In this document: positions 29,432 to 44,959 of the stretch, piece by piece | Numbering within the stretch: the stretch's first letter is position 1 | Layout: the number at the start of each line of letters is the position of its first letter | DNA from: Schmidtea polychroa | Lineage: Eukaryota | Direction of reading: 5' to 3' | DNA: 64,000 nt | Assembly: GCA_044892525.1 (NCBI GenBank) | Contig: CM097885.1 | Span: forward strand, 15,688,001-15,752,000 | Position numbers and translations under genes: made by a program | Notes under the pieces: generated by a model | Seen by the model: the letters and a program-made list of their open reading frames with translations, nothing else | The model's database searches: none | Told to the model about the DNA's origin: nothing

Positions 29432-29842
29432 TATAGAAAGGGCAATAAAAACAGTACAAATCAAAAATATTAAAATTCTATTTAGTTCAATTAAAAATGT
29501 ATATAATTATTAATAATAATGATAATATCATGGTAACCAGGGAGGAGCATAGATACATATATATGTACACGTACCGCTGCTAGATGATGGTGTAAATATA
29601 TCCCAGTGCTATAAGGCGCTGCTGTCCATACCAGTGAGGGGTGATACCGATGTGTTGCTATTACCGTTGCTAATCATCATCATCATCATCATAATAATAA
29701 TAATAGTTATTACAAGCACAGATCATTACAACCATATATACATATACATCACAGGCCAAATGGCTTCAATAAATCCACACAAACACATATCATATTATAT
29801 TATATATTATATATCATATCATTCTCTCTGGCAGCCCCTCAT

Positions 29843-29946
29843 CTGAATTTCGCTTCGATGACAACCATTTTCTTTTTAGATCTGGACTTACCAGATTTAG
29901 TTTTTGAATTGTTGACAGCTGGTGGTGGAGTAGTTTTTTCAATGTC

Positions 29947-30014
<68 letters not shown>

Positions 30015-33000
30015 TAAAAAAAATTAATTAATTTTATAATAAAATAATAATTAATTAAATAATAAATAAAATATAAGAAAAATAAATAATAATATTTAAA
30101 ATAATAAATAGTAATAATTAATAAAATATTATTAAATAAAAATAATTATGAGCGATTATTAATTAATGTAAAATATATTAAAAATAATTAATTAATTTTA
30201 ATAAAATTATAAAAATTTAAATAATAAAATTTTAATAGTAGAGTAATAATAAAATCGAATTTTTATTATTAAAAAAAAATATTAACAAAATTTAAATAAT
30301 AGAATATAATTGATATTATTCAGTCTTAATAAAAATAAATAAATAATATTTAAAATAATATTTACAAAAAAATTAATATTAATAATTAATAAAATATAAT
30401 TTAAATTTTAATTTAAAAATAATATATAAAAATAATAAAAAATTAATAATAAAATAAAAAATATTAATAAAAATACATAAAAACTAATAATATTTAAAAT
30501 AATTAAAAAAAATATTAATAAAATGTGATTAAATAAAAACAATTGTTTAAGAAAATTAAATAATAGTAAGATATTGGAATTGAAAATTTTCAGTCTTAAT
30601 AATAGTAATTAATTGAAAAAAAAATATATTAAAAATAATTAATTAAAAATATTACGAACAAAAATTAAATGATAATGGAATTTTTAGTCTTAATAATAAT
30701 ATATTTTAATAATAATTAATTAAATAATGAAATGAATAAAGTAATAATGAAATCTATTTTTTCCAGTCTTAATAATAATAATTAATAATAAATAAAATAT
30801 AATAAAAATTAAAAATAATATATAAAAATAATCAAATAATAAAAAATATTATTAAAAAATAAATATTAACAAAAATTTAATAATTAGATGAAGTTGATAA
30901 ATAAAAATACATAAAAACTAATAATATTTAAAATAATACTTACAAAAAAATTAACAAAAATAAAATAATAAAATGTCATAGAAATTAATAATTAATAAAT
31001 ACAAATAATAATAAAATATATGATTAAATAAAAATGATATAATAGTGAAAATCGATAGCTAACCTGCCAAGTGTCCACTGCTTGATAGTCAGAAAGCTCC
31101 TGGCGTTTAGCGATAAATTCCAATACAAAATTGCAGGTGAACTTAGAATCGCCCAGTCACTGGATAGCCATTTCCATAACCTAGAGAAGGAAATCCAAAA
31201 TCAAATCGAATCGCAACCCCTCGACACCCATTACCTCCTCATTTGGCACCTCCTTTAACAACTCGATCACAGTATTTAATTCGAACTCTTCGGAGAATTT
31301 AGCGAGCCTTTTCAAGCACCATTTAGTCAGCTGATCCACTGATCCGATTTCTTGCTTATAATTAGACGCAACTGGCGCTTGATGTTATTGTTGCTGCTGT
31401 CTATGAACCGGATTGATCGATGGCTATTTCATATTACAATTCCATTCCCCATAAATATATAACCATTTTACTTCGTTTATTTTGTGGTTCTGTGGTTTAG
31501 AATTGCACTCGGCCGTTACCACCGCGGCTGGCACCACCACCTTATTATGTACAGGAACATCGCTGGGAATCATATCCCAGATCGATTTGCCAACTGGGAT
31601 CTGTGCGGGTTTGGGTGTCTGCTTCAGCAATGACTCCTTGAATGACTACAAGAACAGAAATCATCATCTTCTTGTAATTTTATTCAATTCCAATTCATTA
31701 CTGTCACTTTATTCGTTTCTATTTGATTAACTTTCATTGCTTTTTCTATTTCTTTAGTTTTCTTGGCTTTCAATGCTTCTTCGGCTTGGATTTCTACAAG
31801 TGATTTGGCTGCAGGAGAAACATTTTGAGACAAAGTTTGTCCTGATTTCCAAGTGGAAGGAGTTTCAGTTTTATTTTGACTGGTCTTTAAATTATTCCAT
31901 TATAAAGATTTGTATTATAATTACAGAATAATTATTGGATTATTATTGAATTATTATTGAATAATTATTGGATTAATGAATTATTATTGGATTAATGAAT
32001 TATTATTGGATTAATGAATTATTATTGGATTAATGAATTATTATTGGATTAATGAATTAATATATGATTAATGAATAATTATTGGATTAATGAATTATTA
32101 TTGGATTATTGATTTATTATTGGATTAATGAATAATTATTGGATTAATGAATTATTATTGGATTAATGAATAATTATTGGATTAATGAATAATTATTGGA
32201 TTAATGAATTATTATTGGATTAATTAATAATTATTGGATTAATGAATAATTATTGGATTAATGAATTATTATTGGATTAATGAATTATTATTGGATTAAT
32301 GAATTATTATTGGATTAATGAATTATTATTGGATTAATGAATTATTATTGGATTAATGAATTAATATATGATTAATGGATAATAATTGGATTAATGAATT
32401 ATTATTGGATTAATGAATAATTATTGGATTAATGAATAATTATTGGATTAATGAATTATTATTGGATTAATTAATAATTATTGGATTAATGAATAATTAT
32501 TGGATTAATGAATTATTATTGGATTAATGAATAATTATTGGATTAATGAATTATTATTGGATTAATGAATAATTATTGGAATAATGAATTATTATTGCAT
32601 TAATGAATTATTTGTGTTATTTTTAGATTATTTAATTATTAGTGTTATTATTGGATTATTGAGCTATTAATGGATTAAAGTAATTACTGTATAAAAAGTG
32701 CAAATTTAAAATCAATACAGAGAGAAAAATCCTGATATTGCCCATAATTTATTGAAACACGTGGAATTCAACATGCATTTAAATTCCCGACCAATCACAT
32801 GGAATCACGCGAGAATAACAATAATTTTTGCCCAAAATTTAAATAATATGAAAAAAATAAAATCAATTACTTCATTTGATAATTCTAATTTTTTTAAAAC
32901 TTCATGTTGCTCTTTTGCTATTTTTTCTTTCAAAGTTTCTTCAGCCTGGATTTGCAGCAAAGATTTTGTTGCAATTACCGGAGGTTTAATCAAAGCTGGC

Positions 33001-35764
33001 ATGTCATTTTTTATAGATTTTTCCTTTTCAGTAAATAACTTAATAAATATAAATTCAATTGAAATTGGTTCCTAGTTGGTAAATAACAAGATTACTGGAA
33101 TTTTGTTTGATTCAGACAAATTTGTTGATTTTGATTGCTTGTTTTTTCTATTACCTACTTCTACTATTTTCGGTTTTACTGTTCCATCAACTTTTACTTT
33201 TAACTGAGATTCCTTTAGAGTTGGTAATTGTTCTTTTATTGATTTATCGGAATCTTTCATAACAACAGAACTGTCAGACAATTTATTTTCTGTGCCCATT
33301 TGATTGGGTGATTTTTGAGCCTGAGGAGCAGCATTCCAAATTGACTTTACCTGTTCTACTTTGCAAGTTTCTTTTGGCGAAGTATTTCGTACAACCTATT
33401 GGAGAAAATGAAAATAATTGAAGAAAAACTATAACTTAATCAATATCTGCCAGTCTATTATAATCAATATTTTACGTATTTTAACTGTTTAATCAATATT
33501 TCAATATAACGATAATGCCGAGTAATGGATAAATATTGAAACATAAATTCCAACATAAATATCGATCTACACAATTCTAATATCAGATATTGTGCAGATC
33601 AGACTTGAATATATATATTTTGATCAGATTTGAAAGTAACTGTGATATAGGAAATAATATAAATCAATAATTACATTGGCTAAAATTTAGTTTTGATAAA
33701 TATGATAAATTCTCGACAAAGATTACATTTAAATGGGATTGGTAACTGAAGTACGAGAAAGCAAATATAGAAATTTTAATTTACTGGTCATTAACACAAC
33801 ACCAAAAAAGATTGCCAAATTCAGATTAAAAATTATTGTGTTGAATAGCGAAAAATAGCGATTTAATTTTGATCAATAGACGTGATGAAAATAAATGAAA
33901 TGTTAAAATAAAACAAAAGACAGACTTAAGATTAAATATAATTGTAATAGCACCTGGACACGGATTTATCTTCAAAATAAAAACGACAACAAGGCAAAAA
34001 GTATTTGTTCCAAAGAGAAAATAGTATCCAATTAAAAAATTATCCTTCCAATGCCTATTTTTGGTACAATTAATCTTTTTTGTGTTTTCAATTTCAATTA
34101 TTTTAAAATTTCAATTATTTTCAATGAATTTTATTTAGCAATAAATGAAATTTTGATCTATAATCGTAATCAAAATAAATGAAATGTTAAAAAAATAAAA
34201 ACAGAAAAGGATTTTATAGATAATATCAATAAAATAATATTTTTTAAAAAATTAAAGATAAATATGATAAATTGAAAAACCATAAGAAAATAATTGAAAT
34301 GGACTCAAATTAATAAATTATCCTTCCAATGCCTATTTTTGGTACAATGAATCTTTTTTTGTATATAATAAATTATTGGGTAATTTATTAATAAAAAAAT
34401 TGATTTATTTTAAATATAAATCAATTTTAATTATTTTAAAATTTCATTTATTTTCATTACAACGTCAGATCAAAAATTATTGTTGAATAGCAATAAATGA
34501 AATTTTGATCTATAATCGTAATCAAAATAAGTGAAATGTTAAAAAAATAAAAACAGAGAAAAGGTGAACAGAGTAAAGGATTTTATGGATAATAAGAACT
34601 TTTTTTTTTCAAATTTCACCACTAATTTATTTTCCATTATATTTATAAAAAGAAGAGCTTGAAGAATATGAATCAGTAAATTTATCAAAAACATCGATAT
34701 ATTTTCAGGCTTTTTAATAAATATTTTATATAGGGAATGGAATAATGGGGGCATTTCAATTGTAACAATCTATATCAACACCTGGTATTCTGAGATAATC
34801 ATTGATGTATATTGTTCCTCTCCTCTTACTTGATTGGTTTCAGTGATTACATAGAAGGGAATATGCATACTTTTTAGGATTTTAGTATATTTAGTTATTT
34901 CAACAATCAAAAAGTTAATTAAATTCATTTTATGATATTGTTAGAAATTGTTATATAAGTAATAAAGTAAGGGCAAACTATGGAATATATAATATAAATC
35001 ATTAATTTTATTGTGTTAGTATAATTTCTTATTGGAGTCAGTATAAAATTCCTACCGTTGGTTGAATTTCCGGCTCATTGGATTTCTTTTCTTTTTTCAT
35101 TTTAATACTTTCTTCCGCCTGTATTTGGATAAATGATGTGGAAATTGCGGTTGGAGTGGTTTTCACTGGACCCCATATTGATGGTGAATCAGATTTTCGA
35201 TTTTCCAATTCAATTCTTATTGGTCTAACCTGAACAAACTTAATTTCAATAATGACTTAGAGAAAATGAATTCTGGTTTTATGTAACACCTGTGATCGAT
35301 TAATTAATAGTTCTGACCCTGGAAATAATAGTCACTTTTCAATGCAATCGATGTCCTATCTGACACTTAATTTTATAAATGATTTTTATTAAATCAATCA
35401 TTATAAAAAAGTTATAAGAAAAAATAATATATTGTGATCAGTTATAACTCCTCAAGCTCATTTAATAATCATTTAAAATTTAAGCAGTTACTGTCTTAAA
35501 TTTTAGGTTTAAAAATGCAATTGATACAAGTAAAATTCAATTTATGCCATCAATATTATCAAAATTTATGAAATTCCTACATTATCAGTTCAATAATTAT
35601 TGATTTAATTGTGAAAATATTGACAAATTATTAAATTTTTAAATTCTACATGCTTTTCATATTTGAGGTTCTTCATTTCCTTCAAATGGTAAAATTTTTG
35701 CTAAAATCCTTTTTTTGATTTATTTTCTTAGTACGTAATTTTTAAATTTCTACCTCAAATACAA

Positions 35765-35824
<60 letters not shown>

Positions 35825-37650
35825 AGATTTGAGTTTCTTCATTTCCTTCTTTAAATCGATCAAATGGTAAATTGCTCAATCTTTTTGGTAAAATCCTTTT
35901 TATTGATTTATTTTATTAATACTTAACCCTTTCGCACCGACTTTCCGCTAATGACACTATGCTAAATTTATATATTGGAACTTGTTAATATTGACCTAAA
36001 TATGAAATATTCTCATTTTTGTAATCGTGGCGCTTCTGAATATCCTAGAAAGTCCTGGGATAATAAGTCCCAATAGGCTTTTATGGACCATTCAAAATAT
36101 CCCAGTAGGATCATGATGAAAGTTTCCGGGACGTATTGTCCCAATAGAGGCGAAAGGGTTAATATTTAAATCTCAAATTTATATATTGTTGTTATAAATC
36201 GCTTTCCGTGTTTAATAAAATGGATTAAATTGAACTGCACTAGATTATAATTCTGCACAATTGTTTCCTGTAAACTGTTATTGATTTAATTTCCATTTGA
36301 ATCATTTATAAAATCAATCAATTTAGATCAAAATGTTTAATAAATTAATTTGAATGGAAAATTACAAACTGAAAAAAAATTTTTAAATTCAAAATTAAAT
36401 CGATTCTTTATGAATTAATTTTACTATATAGAAGTTGTTCTGAGGTCAAACATCATCAGCAAAGACAGGGGTGGGGAACCTTTTTATTTCCATAGGCCAC
36501 ATTGAAATTTGTGGCCTCCAAATGGGGCCGCAGTCAAAAAGTATTTTAACATTAATTAATTTCATTTTATATACAGTTAGTAATTAAAACAATGTTTATA
36601 ATCAGTCTCCAGATTTGAATAATGCAGTTGTATGAAATATTCTGGAATATGTTTTTTATTTCTGAATCGAAAAGTTGATGCAAATAAGTCATCATTTCAC
36701 AAATAATCTTATTTATTCTTCTACAAACGTTTTGTATTTATGGATGTGAATAATTGACTTTTATATTTCGTTCTTTGTACTCGGTGGCATTCTTATACAG
36801 TACGATATATGCAGTCCAGTAGTTACAAGTATTTTCATTTGTAAATTCTCAAAATTCATGGTTCTTTTTGTAAATTAAGATTTATTTCGATAAGGCTCCG
36901 TGGGCCGCAGGTTCCATACCCTTGATCCAAGATAACATTGATATAAAAAATGATTGATTTGTATGAAAAATTGATCAAATAATAAAAATAATTAATTTAT
37001 ATAAATATTGATCAATTATTTTATGTAAAAAATTTTATAAATTCATAATTTTTTAATTGATTAATAAATATTGATTCCAAGGAAAAATGTTAAAAATATT
37101 AAATTAAAAGAATATATAATAATTGGATATTGATATTAATAGATATTAGTGGATATCAATCGATATTAATTGATATTATTGGATATTAATAGATATCAAT
37201 GAATATCAATCGATATTAGTGGATATTAATTGATATTAGGATAATAAACAATGTAATATCGAGAAATAAAATTCAAATTAAAACTAACTTTTGATATATT
37301 GTCATTTTCTTTTCCAGTTGCAGTTATCACTGAATCCCTTGGTATGATAAGTAACCTGCTGTCTGTTGGCTGTTCAGGTGGTTTTGCTTCAGGGATGGGA
37401 GTTATCTTCTTTTCCTCCTTTACAGTTCTACTGTATTAATCAATTTATATGGATTTTTACACGTTTTAGTATTAATACTTGTTTACTTTAGCTTTTGTCT
37501 TTATGTTTTTCTTTTGAATTTTGGCTTCTTTTGATGAGAACCATTTATTAGATTCATCTGTTACATTCAATATTTGTTCAATGTTAGATTCATCGATTTC
37601 CCATTTATCAACAACTGGTTCCAATTTCGGTTCCAAGACAATTGGACTCC
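29843..37650 (-). CDS. Multi-exon host gene, 3' portion, with repeated W..S(L/F)xxIQAEE motifs (possibly GIGYF-like C-terminus)
   Basis: Open exons with GT-AG ends at ~37480-37650, 37290-37430, 35056-35229, 33095-33395, 32870-33040, 31732-31885 and 29843-29946. Motifs TSFIQIQAEE, KSLLQIQAEE, KSLVEIQAEE; ends SKKKMVVIEAKFR*. Confidence 0.55.
29948..31050. repeat. (AAT)n and extremely AT-rich low-complexity tract
   Basis: Composition visible directly. Confidence 0.9.
31926..32610. repeat. Intronic minisatellite, 19-bp unit GAATTATTATTGGATTAAT
   Basis: About 35 head-to-tail copies. Confidence 0.95.
35927..36158. mobile_element. piggyBac-type MITE
   Basis: TTAA-CCCTTTCGC ... GCGAAAGGG-TTAA. 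Confidence 0.85.
36466..36924. mobile_element. hAT/Charlie-like MITE
   Basis: CAGGGGTGGGGAACCT ... AGGTTCCATACCCTTG imperfect terminal inverted repeats, GGCCGCAG subterminal motifs, 6/8 matching target-site duplication. Confidence 0.65.
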
Positions 37651-37659
37651 TCAAAAAAA

Positions 37660-37920
37660 ATAACAAGCAAAAACCATCAAATTTATACAATTAAAAATAC
37701 TAAAATAGCACTAACTAACGCAGATGACAAAAGGGTTTGGGTGGGGAAAAATACTAGTTTAGCATATGGGCATGTAAGATTAAGTCAATTAAATGTTGGA
37801 GAAGATGGTGAAGAATTTGATGAAGAAGATGTTGGAGAAGATGTTGGAGAAGATGTTGGAGAAGTTGTTGGAGAAGATGATATTGATATTGATGACATTA
37901 TTTTATCTGACGAAGATTGA
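37660..37920 (+). pseudogene. Polinton/Maverick-type protein-primed DNA polymerase B C-terminal fragment
   Basis: SKNHQIYTIKNTKIALTNADDKR....SLAYGH, typical of the pPolB C-terminus. Confidence 0.75.
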
Positions 37921-38041
37921 TTTTATTAAATAAAATTTTATATCTTTACTTTGTTCTTTTTATGTGTTTGGTAAATTTTTATGTTTGTTATGTGTCTAGT
38001 TATTTTTATGTGTTTAGTTAATTTTTAGGTGTTGCATAGTA

Positions 38042-38269
38042 CACTCATACCTCGCTATACGGCTGCTCTTTATACGGCTTTTCGCTATAACGGCCTACTT
38101 TATTTACGGCACTTTTTCGATTTACGGCCTAAAATGTTTCGTTATACGGCCAAAAATCCTATTGAATTGTATATGGAATTGTATCAAAATATTTGATTCG
38201 TTATGCGACGTTTCGCTTTGCGGCCAACTTTCCTGGAACGTATCTAGGCCGTAAAGCGAGGTATGAGTG
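38042..38269. mobile_element. Tc1/pogo-type MITE
   Basis: TA-CACTCATACCTCGCTATACGGC ... GCCGTAAAGCGAGGTATGAGTG-TA. Confidence 0.88.
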
Positions 38270-38282
38270 TATTTGGTTGAAA

Positions 38283-39736
<1,454 letters not shown>

Positions 39737-40363
39737 AATAAGTAGGTAGAAGTGAGCCCACGATGACTTATAGAAAATTTTGAGGTCAACCTAAGGTCAA
39801 ATTTAAGGGCAATGTCATTTTCAGGACAATTTAAGCCATTTTAAGGTCAAATTCTGAGGTCAATGTTGATTTTAGGCTATTTTAAGGTCAACTTTTGAGG
39901 CCAAAGTCTATTTTTTTCTCAATTTAAGGTCATAGAAAATTTTAAGGTCAACTCACCTACCTCTAACTTTAAGGTCATAGAAAATTTTAAGGTCAACCCC
40001 CTACCCCTACCACTTAATTTTAAGGTCAAATTGAGGTCAAAATTAAAAATTTTAAAAATTTTCTTAAGTCCATTTAACGAATTACTTTATAGAGAGTTTT
40101 CAAAGTCAAAACACGTTTTAATACTACGTTTGCAAATGTCTTTGTTACACATGCATTTGCAAATGTCTTTGTTACTCATGCATTTGCATTGCAAATATCT
40201 TTGTTACTCATGCATTTGTATTGCATGTCTTTGTATTACACACCGTAAGGATAGAAAAATATTTCTAAGCGAGATCTAAATTGACTGTGTGTAAAGGGCA
40301 ATAAATAAGGGTAAAATAAAATTTTTTTAAGAAAATAAATGTAATTTTATTTAAATTTATGAC

Positions 40364-40408
<45 letters not shown>

Positions 40409-40879
40409 TTATTTTGGGCAGATAATTTCTGCGTGTCTGTATATGAAAACATTGATAAGAAGCAATAAATATTATATCAAATCTCTTATGTTTTACATAG
40501 AACTATATTAACCAATCAGAATCATAACCAGTATTAGTATAAATAAAACAGAATATTTAAAATTAATGTACAATGTCAAAATCAAATTTTGCAGAAAACA
40601 TCTAAAAAAGTTTGGTTAATGAGAATATCGCACAAAGCCTCAGTTTCCTAGTTAAACAAACTGAGAAAATCATTGACGGAAACCATGTCGACTACCAAAC
40701 CATGCTTGATATGGAATGCCTGGAGACGAAGAAATTTTATTTCAATAGGATTTTCGACTGTCTATTTGACGACCAAATGAAGCGGACCAGAATAATCATA
40801 GGTTTTACCTATATGAAGATTATTATAGAAAAAAGTCTATACGATGCTGATCATTATTATCTGTGGTCTCAAGAAGTAA

Positions 40880-41002
<123 letters not shown>

Positions 41003-42415
41003 ATTAATTTGTAGATAGTCAAATCCAAGTTTTCGCCATGGATCGATGCCAATGGTGGATGGCACACACTAGTCGAACTTGCCCAGAACGTACAAGAAAT
41101 AGAGCAAGCCTAAGCAAAAGTCAAAAGTTATATGCGATTAGCCTTGGGAGTTGTTGTATTATATCTAATGTTTAAATATTTAAATAAAAGTTAATGTTGT
41201 TATTTATAAATATTATACTTTAAATGTACACTCAAACTAAAATTTATTAACACATTCACATTCATCATCTCCGCATTTCATAACATTTTCAACGATATGA
41301 TCTATACAATCGTTATATACACGCGGTTCGGTATACTTAATATTTTCAGTTATATAATCCGTAAGTTCCTCCTTAGGTTCATCAATTTCTTGTATGATTT
41401 CCTCGTCATCTTCTTGTGTGTTTTCTTCATTAATTTGTTCTGTTATTGCCTCATAAGTTTCATCAAATCTTGAATCTTCACTACCCAGTCTATATTTAAT
41501 TCATTTGAAACAGATAATACATCCTCCATTTTTACACAAGATATTTCTGCTAATTTTGCCAACAAAACATTGATTAAATATTCTAAACAATAAATAATTC
41601 AATCAATAACTGACCATATTAACCTTTTTCTAACGTCATTATTAACACTTTAAAACTATAATGTAAGTTTGTTTATCGAATGTCTTTGTTAAAGTTTGCA
41701 TGTATTTTGCATTGATTTTGCAATTTCCTGGTTAAGTAAATGAAAAACAAATAGGACAAAATACATTTATTAAATACATTTATTAAAAACAATAAATATA
41801 GCAACATTTATAAAAATAGCTGTGAAAGTCTAGCAGACATAGTTTTCCAAATTGGAGAATATTATCAATATTATCATTATTATCAACTTTATATCCCTGG
41901 ATTGCTATTGTTATATACCAATTTTCGTTTTCTTTAAAGCTGATTTCATCAATGGAATCATAAAATCTTGCATATCGGTTGTTGAACCATGCATGTTGAT
42001 TACATGATAGATTCGCATCCAACCGTTTGAAAACCTCAATAGATTTAACATCTATCATTGAAAGTGTGCCGGATAAGAATTGAAATTGAGTAGGAATTAG
42101 CTTGATCGGTGACACCAATTTCATATTGATTTCTTCTTTTAAAAAATGCATTTTGTAGTTGTGGAACATTTGAACAGGTTGTACAAGTTCTGCAACAACA
42201 ACCTTTGGTTTTTCAGTGCTTGATATTTTCTTGGTAATCGTGAATTATGATTGAATTGTAATGGTACAGGGTTTTTATACCTATGGCTATTGTTTATAAA
42301 CCAATCAAATTGCAGTATGTCTTTGTTTTAATTACATTCAAAATGCATTGATGTTGCATTGTCATATGTTATATGTGTCATATTATTATTATTGCTTTTA
42401 TTACTTCCAAACTAA

Positions 42416-42487
<72 letters not shown>

Positions 42488-42600
42488 AATGATGATTGCT
42501 TGGTAGCAGCATTTATTATTTAAAACAATAAAATGATAATTTAAGCCTTTTGCTGCAAATAATGTATTTAATGAAAGAATTTTCGACTATAAGATAGTCC

Positions 42601-42921
42601 TTGATCAGCAGACATGTTGGTGTAACAGTTATTATCATAACACAAAATCTATTTCATCAAGGTGGTGCACATCGAACACGTAATTTAAATGTACAATATT
42701 TAGTTATTTTCAAGAATCCTAGAGATGCAACTGTCATTGATTTTCTTGGACGACAAGCATACCTTAATAACCGTAATTTTCTTATCATTGCATTTCAAGA
42801 TGCTACTAAAATACCGCATGGATATATATTTCTTGATTTCACACAACAATGTCCCGATGATTTACGAGTAAAAACAGATATTTTCAACCCAAAAGGTGCC
42901 ATGGTTCAAAAACAAAGTTGA
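42601..42921 (+). pseudogene. Polinton packaging ATPase, C-terminal part
   Basis: SRH.GVTVIIITQNLF..RT..LNVQYLVIFKNPRD...HGYIFLD. Confidence 0.85.
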
Positions 42922-44737
42922 AACATAAGTAGGAAGTTAGTAGCGTACGGCAGCAATGACCCCCCCGGTGGGGTCTGCTGCCGTAATGTTTTGCTGCAAC
43001 TTTTTATTACGCAATTGCTGCAACTCACATTTTTTGCTTTCAGGGATTTTTAGTCCAATTTTTTTTTATTAGACTATAGTGAGGGGGTCTCGATGGTCCT
43101 GGGATTTTCAATACAAAAACTTTCTTTTCAATACAAAAATCCGATTATCACTAGAAAAGCATAGAAGTTTCAGACTATAGTGAGGGGTCTCCATGGTCCT
43201 GGGATTTTCAATACCAAAAAATTTTTCAATAGAGAAAGGCGGTCTTCAATAAAAAAGGTGGTCTTCAATAAAAAAGCATGGAATTTTCAGACTATAGTGA
43301 GGGGGTCTCGATGGTCCTGGGATTTTCAATACCAAAAAATTTTTTCAATAGAGAAAGGTGGTCTTCAATAAAAAAGCATGGTAATTTAAGGTCTCAGGAT
43401 ATTTTCAATACAAAAATCCGAATATCACTAAAAAAGCATGGATTTTTCTAGTTCAATTCAGGTGGGTCTTCTTGGTCCTGAGAATTTTAATAAAAAAAGG
43501 TAGTCTACACTAAAAAACGTGGTAAATTTTTTAAAATAAAGCCAATTATGGGTCTAAAAATTGAATTACAGTAAATTAAGGTCCAAATTTTTAAATTAAA
43601 GTAAATTATGGGTCTAATAATTGAATTACAGTAAATTATGGGCTAAGATTTTTGAATTAAAGTAAATGATGGGTCTAATAATTGAATTAAAATAATCAAT
43701 GGGTTCAACTTAGTAAATTAAGGTTCAAATTTTTAAATTAAAGTAATCAATGGTCAAAAATTTAAATTAAAGTAATAATTTTAAAATAAGTAACGTAATA
43801 AGTAAATAAATGTAAGATTTTTAAATTTATTAACAAAAAGTTGGAATAATAGTAGGTGTTTGAGAATTAAAATTTTTTAATGAAAATTTTTATGAAATAA
43901 TTTTTTAAGTAATTTTTAATAGAAATTTTAATGAAATATTTTTCAATGGTAAATTTTAATGGAAATATTTATGGAATAATTTATTTAGGATAATTTTTAA
44001 TGAAAATTTTTATGAAATATTTTTCAAAGACAAATTTTAATAATAATTCAACAACAAACCAACAACTTAGTACCAACAACCAGTAACTTACGAACATGTA
44101 TTAACAACCAGCTAACAACTAGCTACCACCTACCAAGTACATACAACCAACATCAACCAGGTACTAAGCATTATCAACCAAGTACCTACAACCATCTACC
44201 AAGTACTCACAACCAAAAACAACCAGCTAACAACTAACTACCACCTACCAAGTACATACAACCAACATCAACCAGGTACTAAGCATTATCAACCAACTAC
44301 TAAGTACCTACAACCAACTACTAAGTACCTACAACCAACTAGCTACCACCTACCAAGTACTAACAACCGACTACAACCAGGTACTAAGCATTATTAACCA
44401 ACTACTAAGTACCTACAACCAACTAGCTACCACCTACCAAGTACTAACAACCCACAAAAACCAGCTAACAACTAACTACCACCTACCAAGTACACACAAC
44501 CGAAAACAACCAGGTACTATGCATTATCAACCAAGTACCTATAACCACCTACTAAGTACTAACAACCAAAAACAATCAACCAACTAGGTACCAGATACCA
44601 AGTACTTACAGCCAGATGACCACATGAAATCATTGGTTAAATAAGTAAATTAATGTCTAATTTTAAAATTAAGTAATCAATTATCTAAATATTAAAGTCA
44701 ATTTAAGATGAAAGTTTTCTGGGATTTTCAATCTTAA

Positions 44738-44959
44738 CCCTTTCATTCGGGAATTAATTTTTCTTTTTGCGTGTGCTCTTCACAAAATCAACTGAAAAAT
44801 ACTGAAAATGTCACTATTTGGCGCCAAAATTATTAAAATGTACTATAACAAATTTCAATTTTCTTAAAAAGTACTTCTCACATTATATTTTAGAAAAGGT
44901 ACAACAGATATTCAGCAAAAAAACTGTGTACAATATATTGTACACTCCGTATAAAAGGG
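44738..44959. mobile_element. piggyBac-type MITE
   Basis: TTAA-CCCTTTCATTCGG ... CCGTATAAAAGGG-TTAA. Confidence 0.75.

Noticed and set aside
31926..32610. Possible CRISPR-like array
   Set aside because: Head-to-tail 19-mers without spacers in a eukaryotic intron; no cas genes.
43070..44620. Complex repeat arrays as a novel system
   Set aside because: Consistent with Polinton-associated terminal repeats next to the ATPase fragment; no unique spacers.
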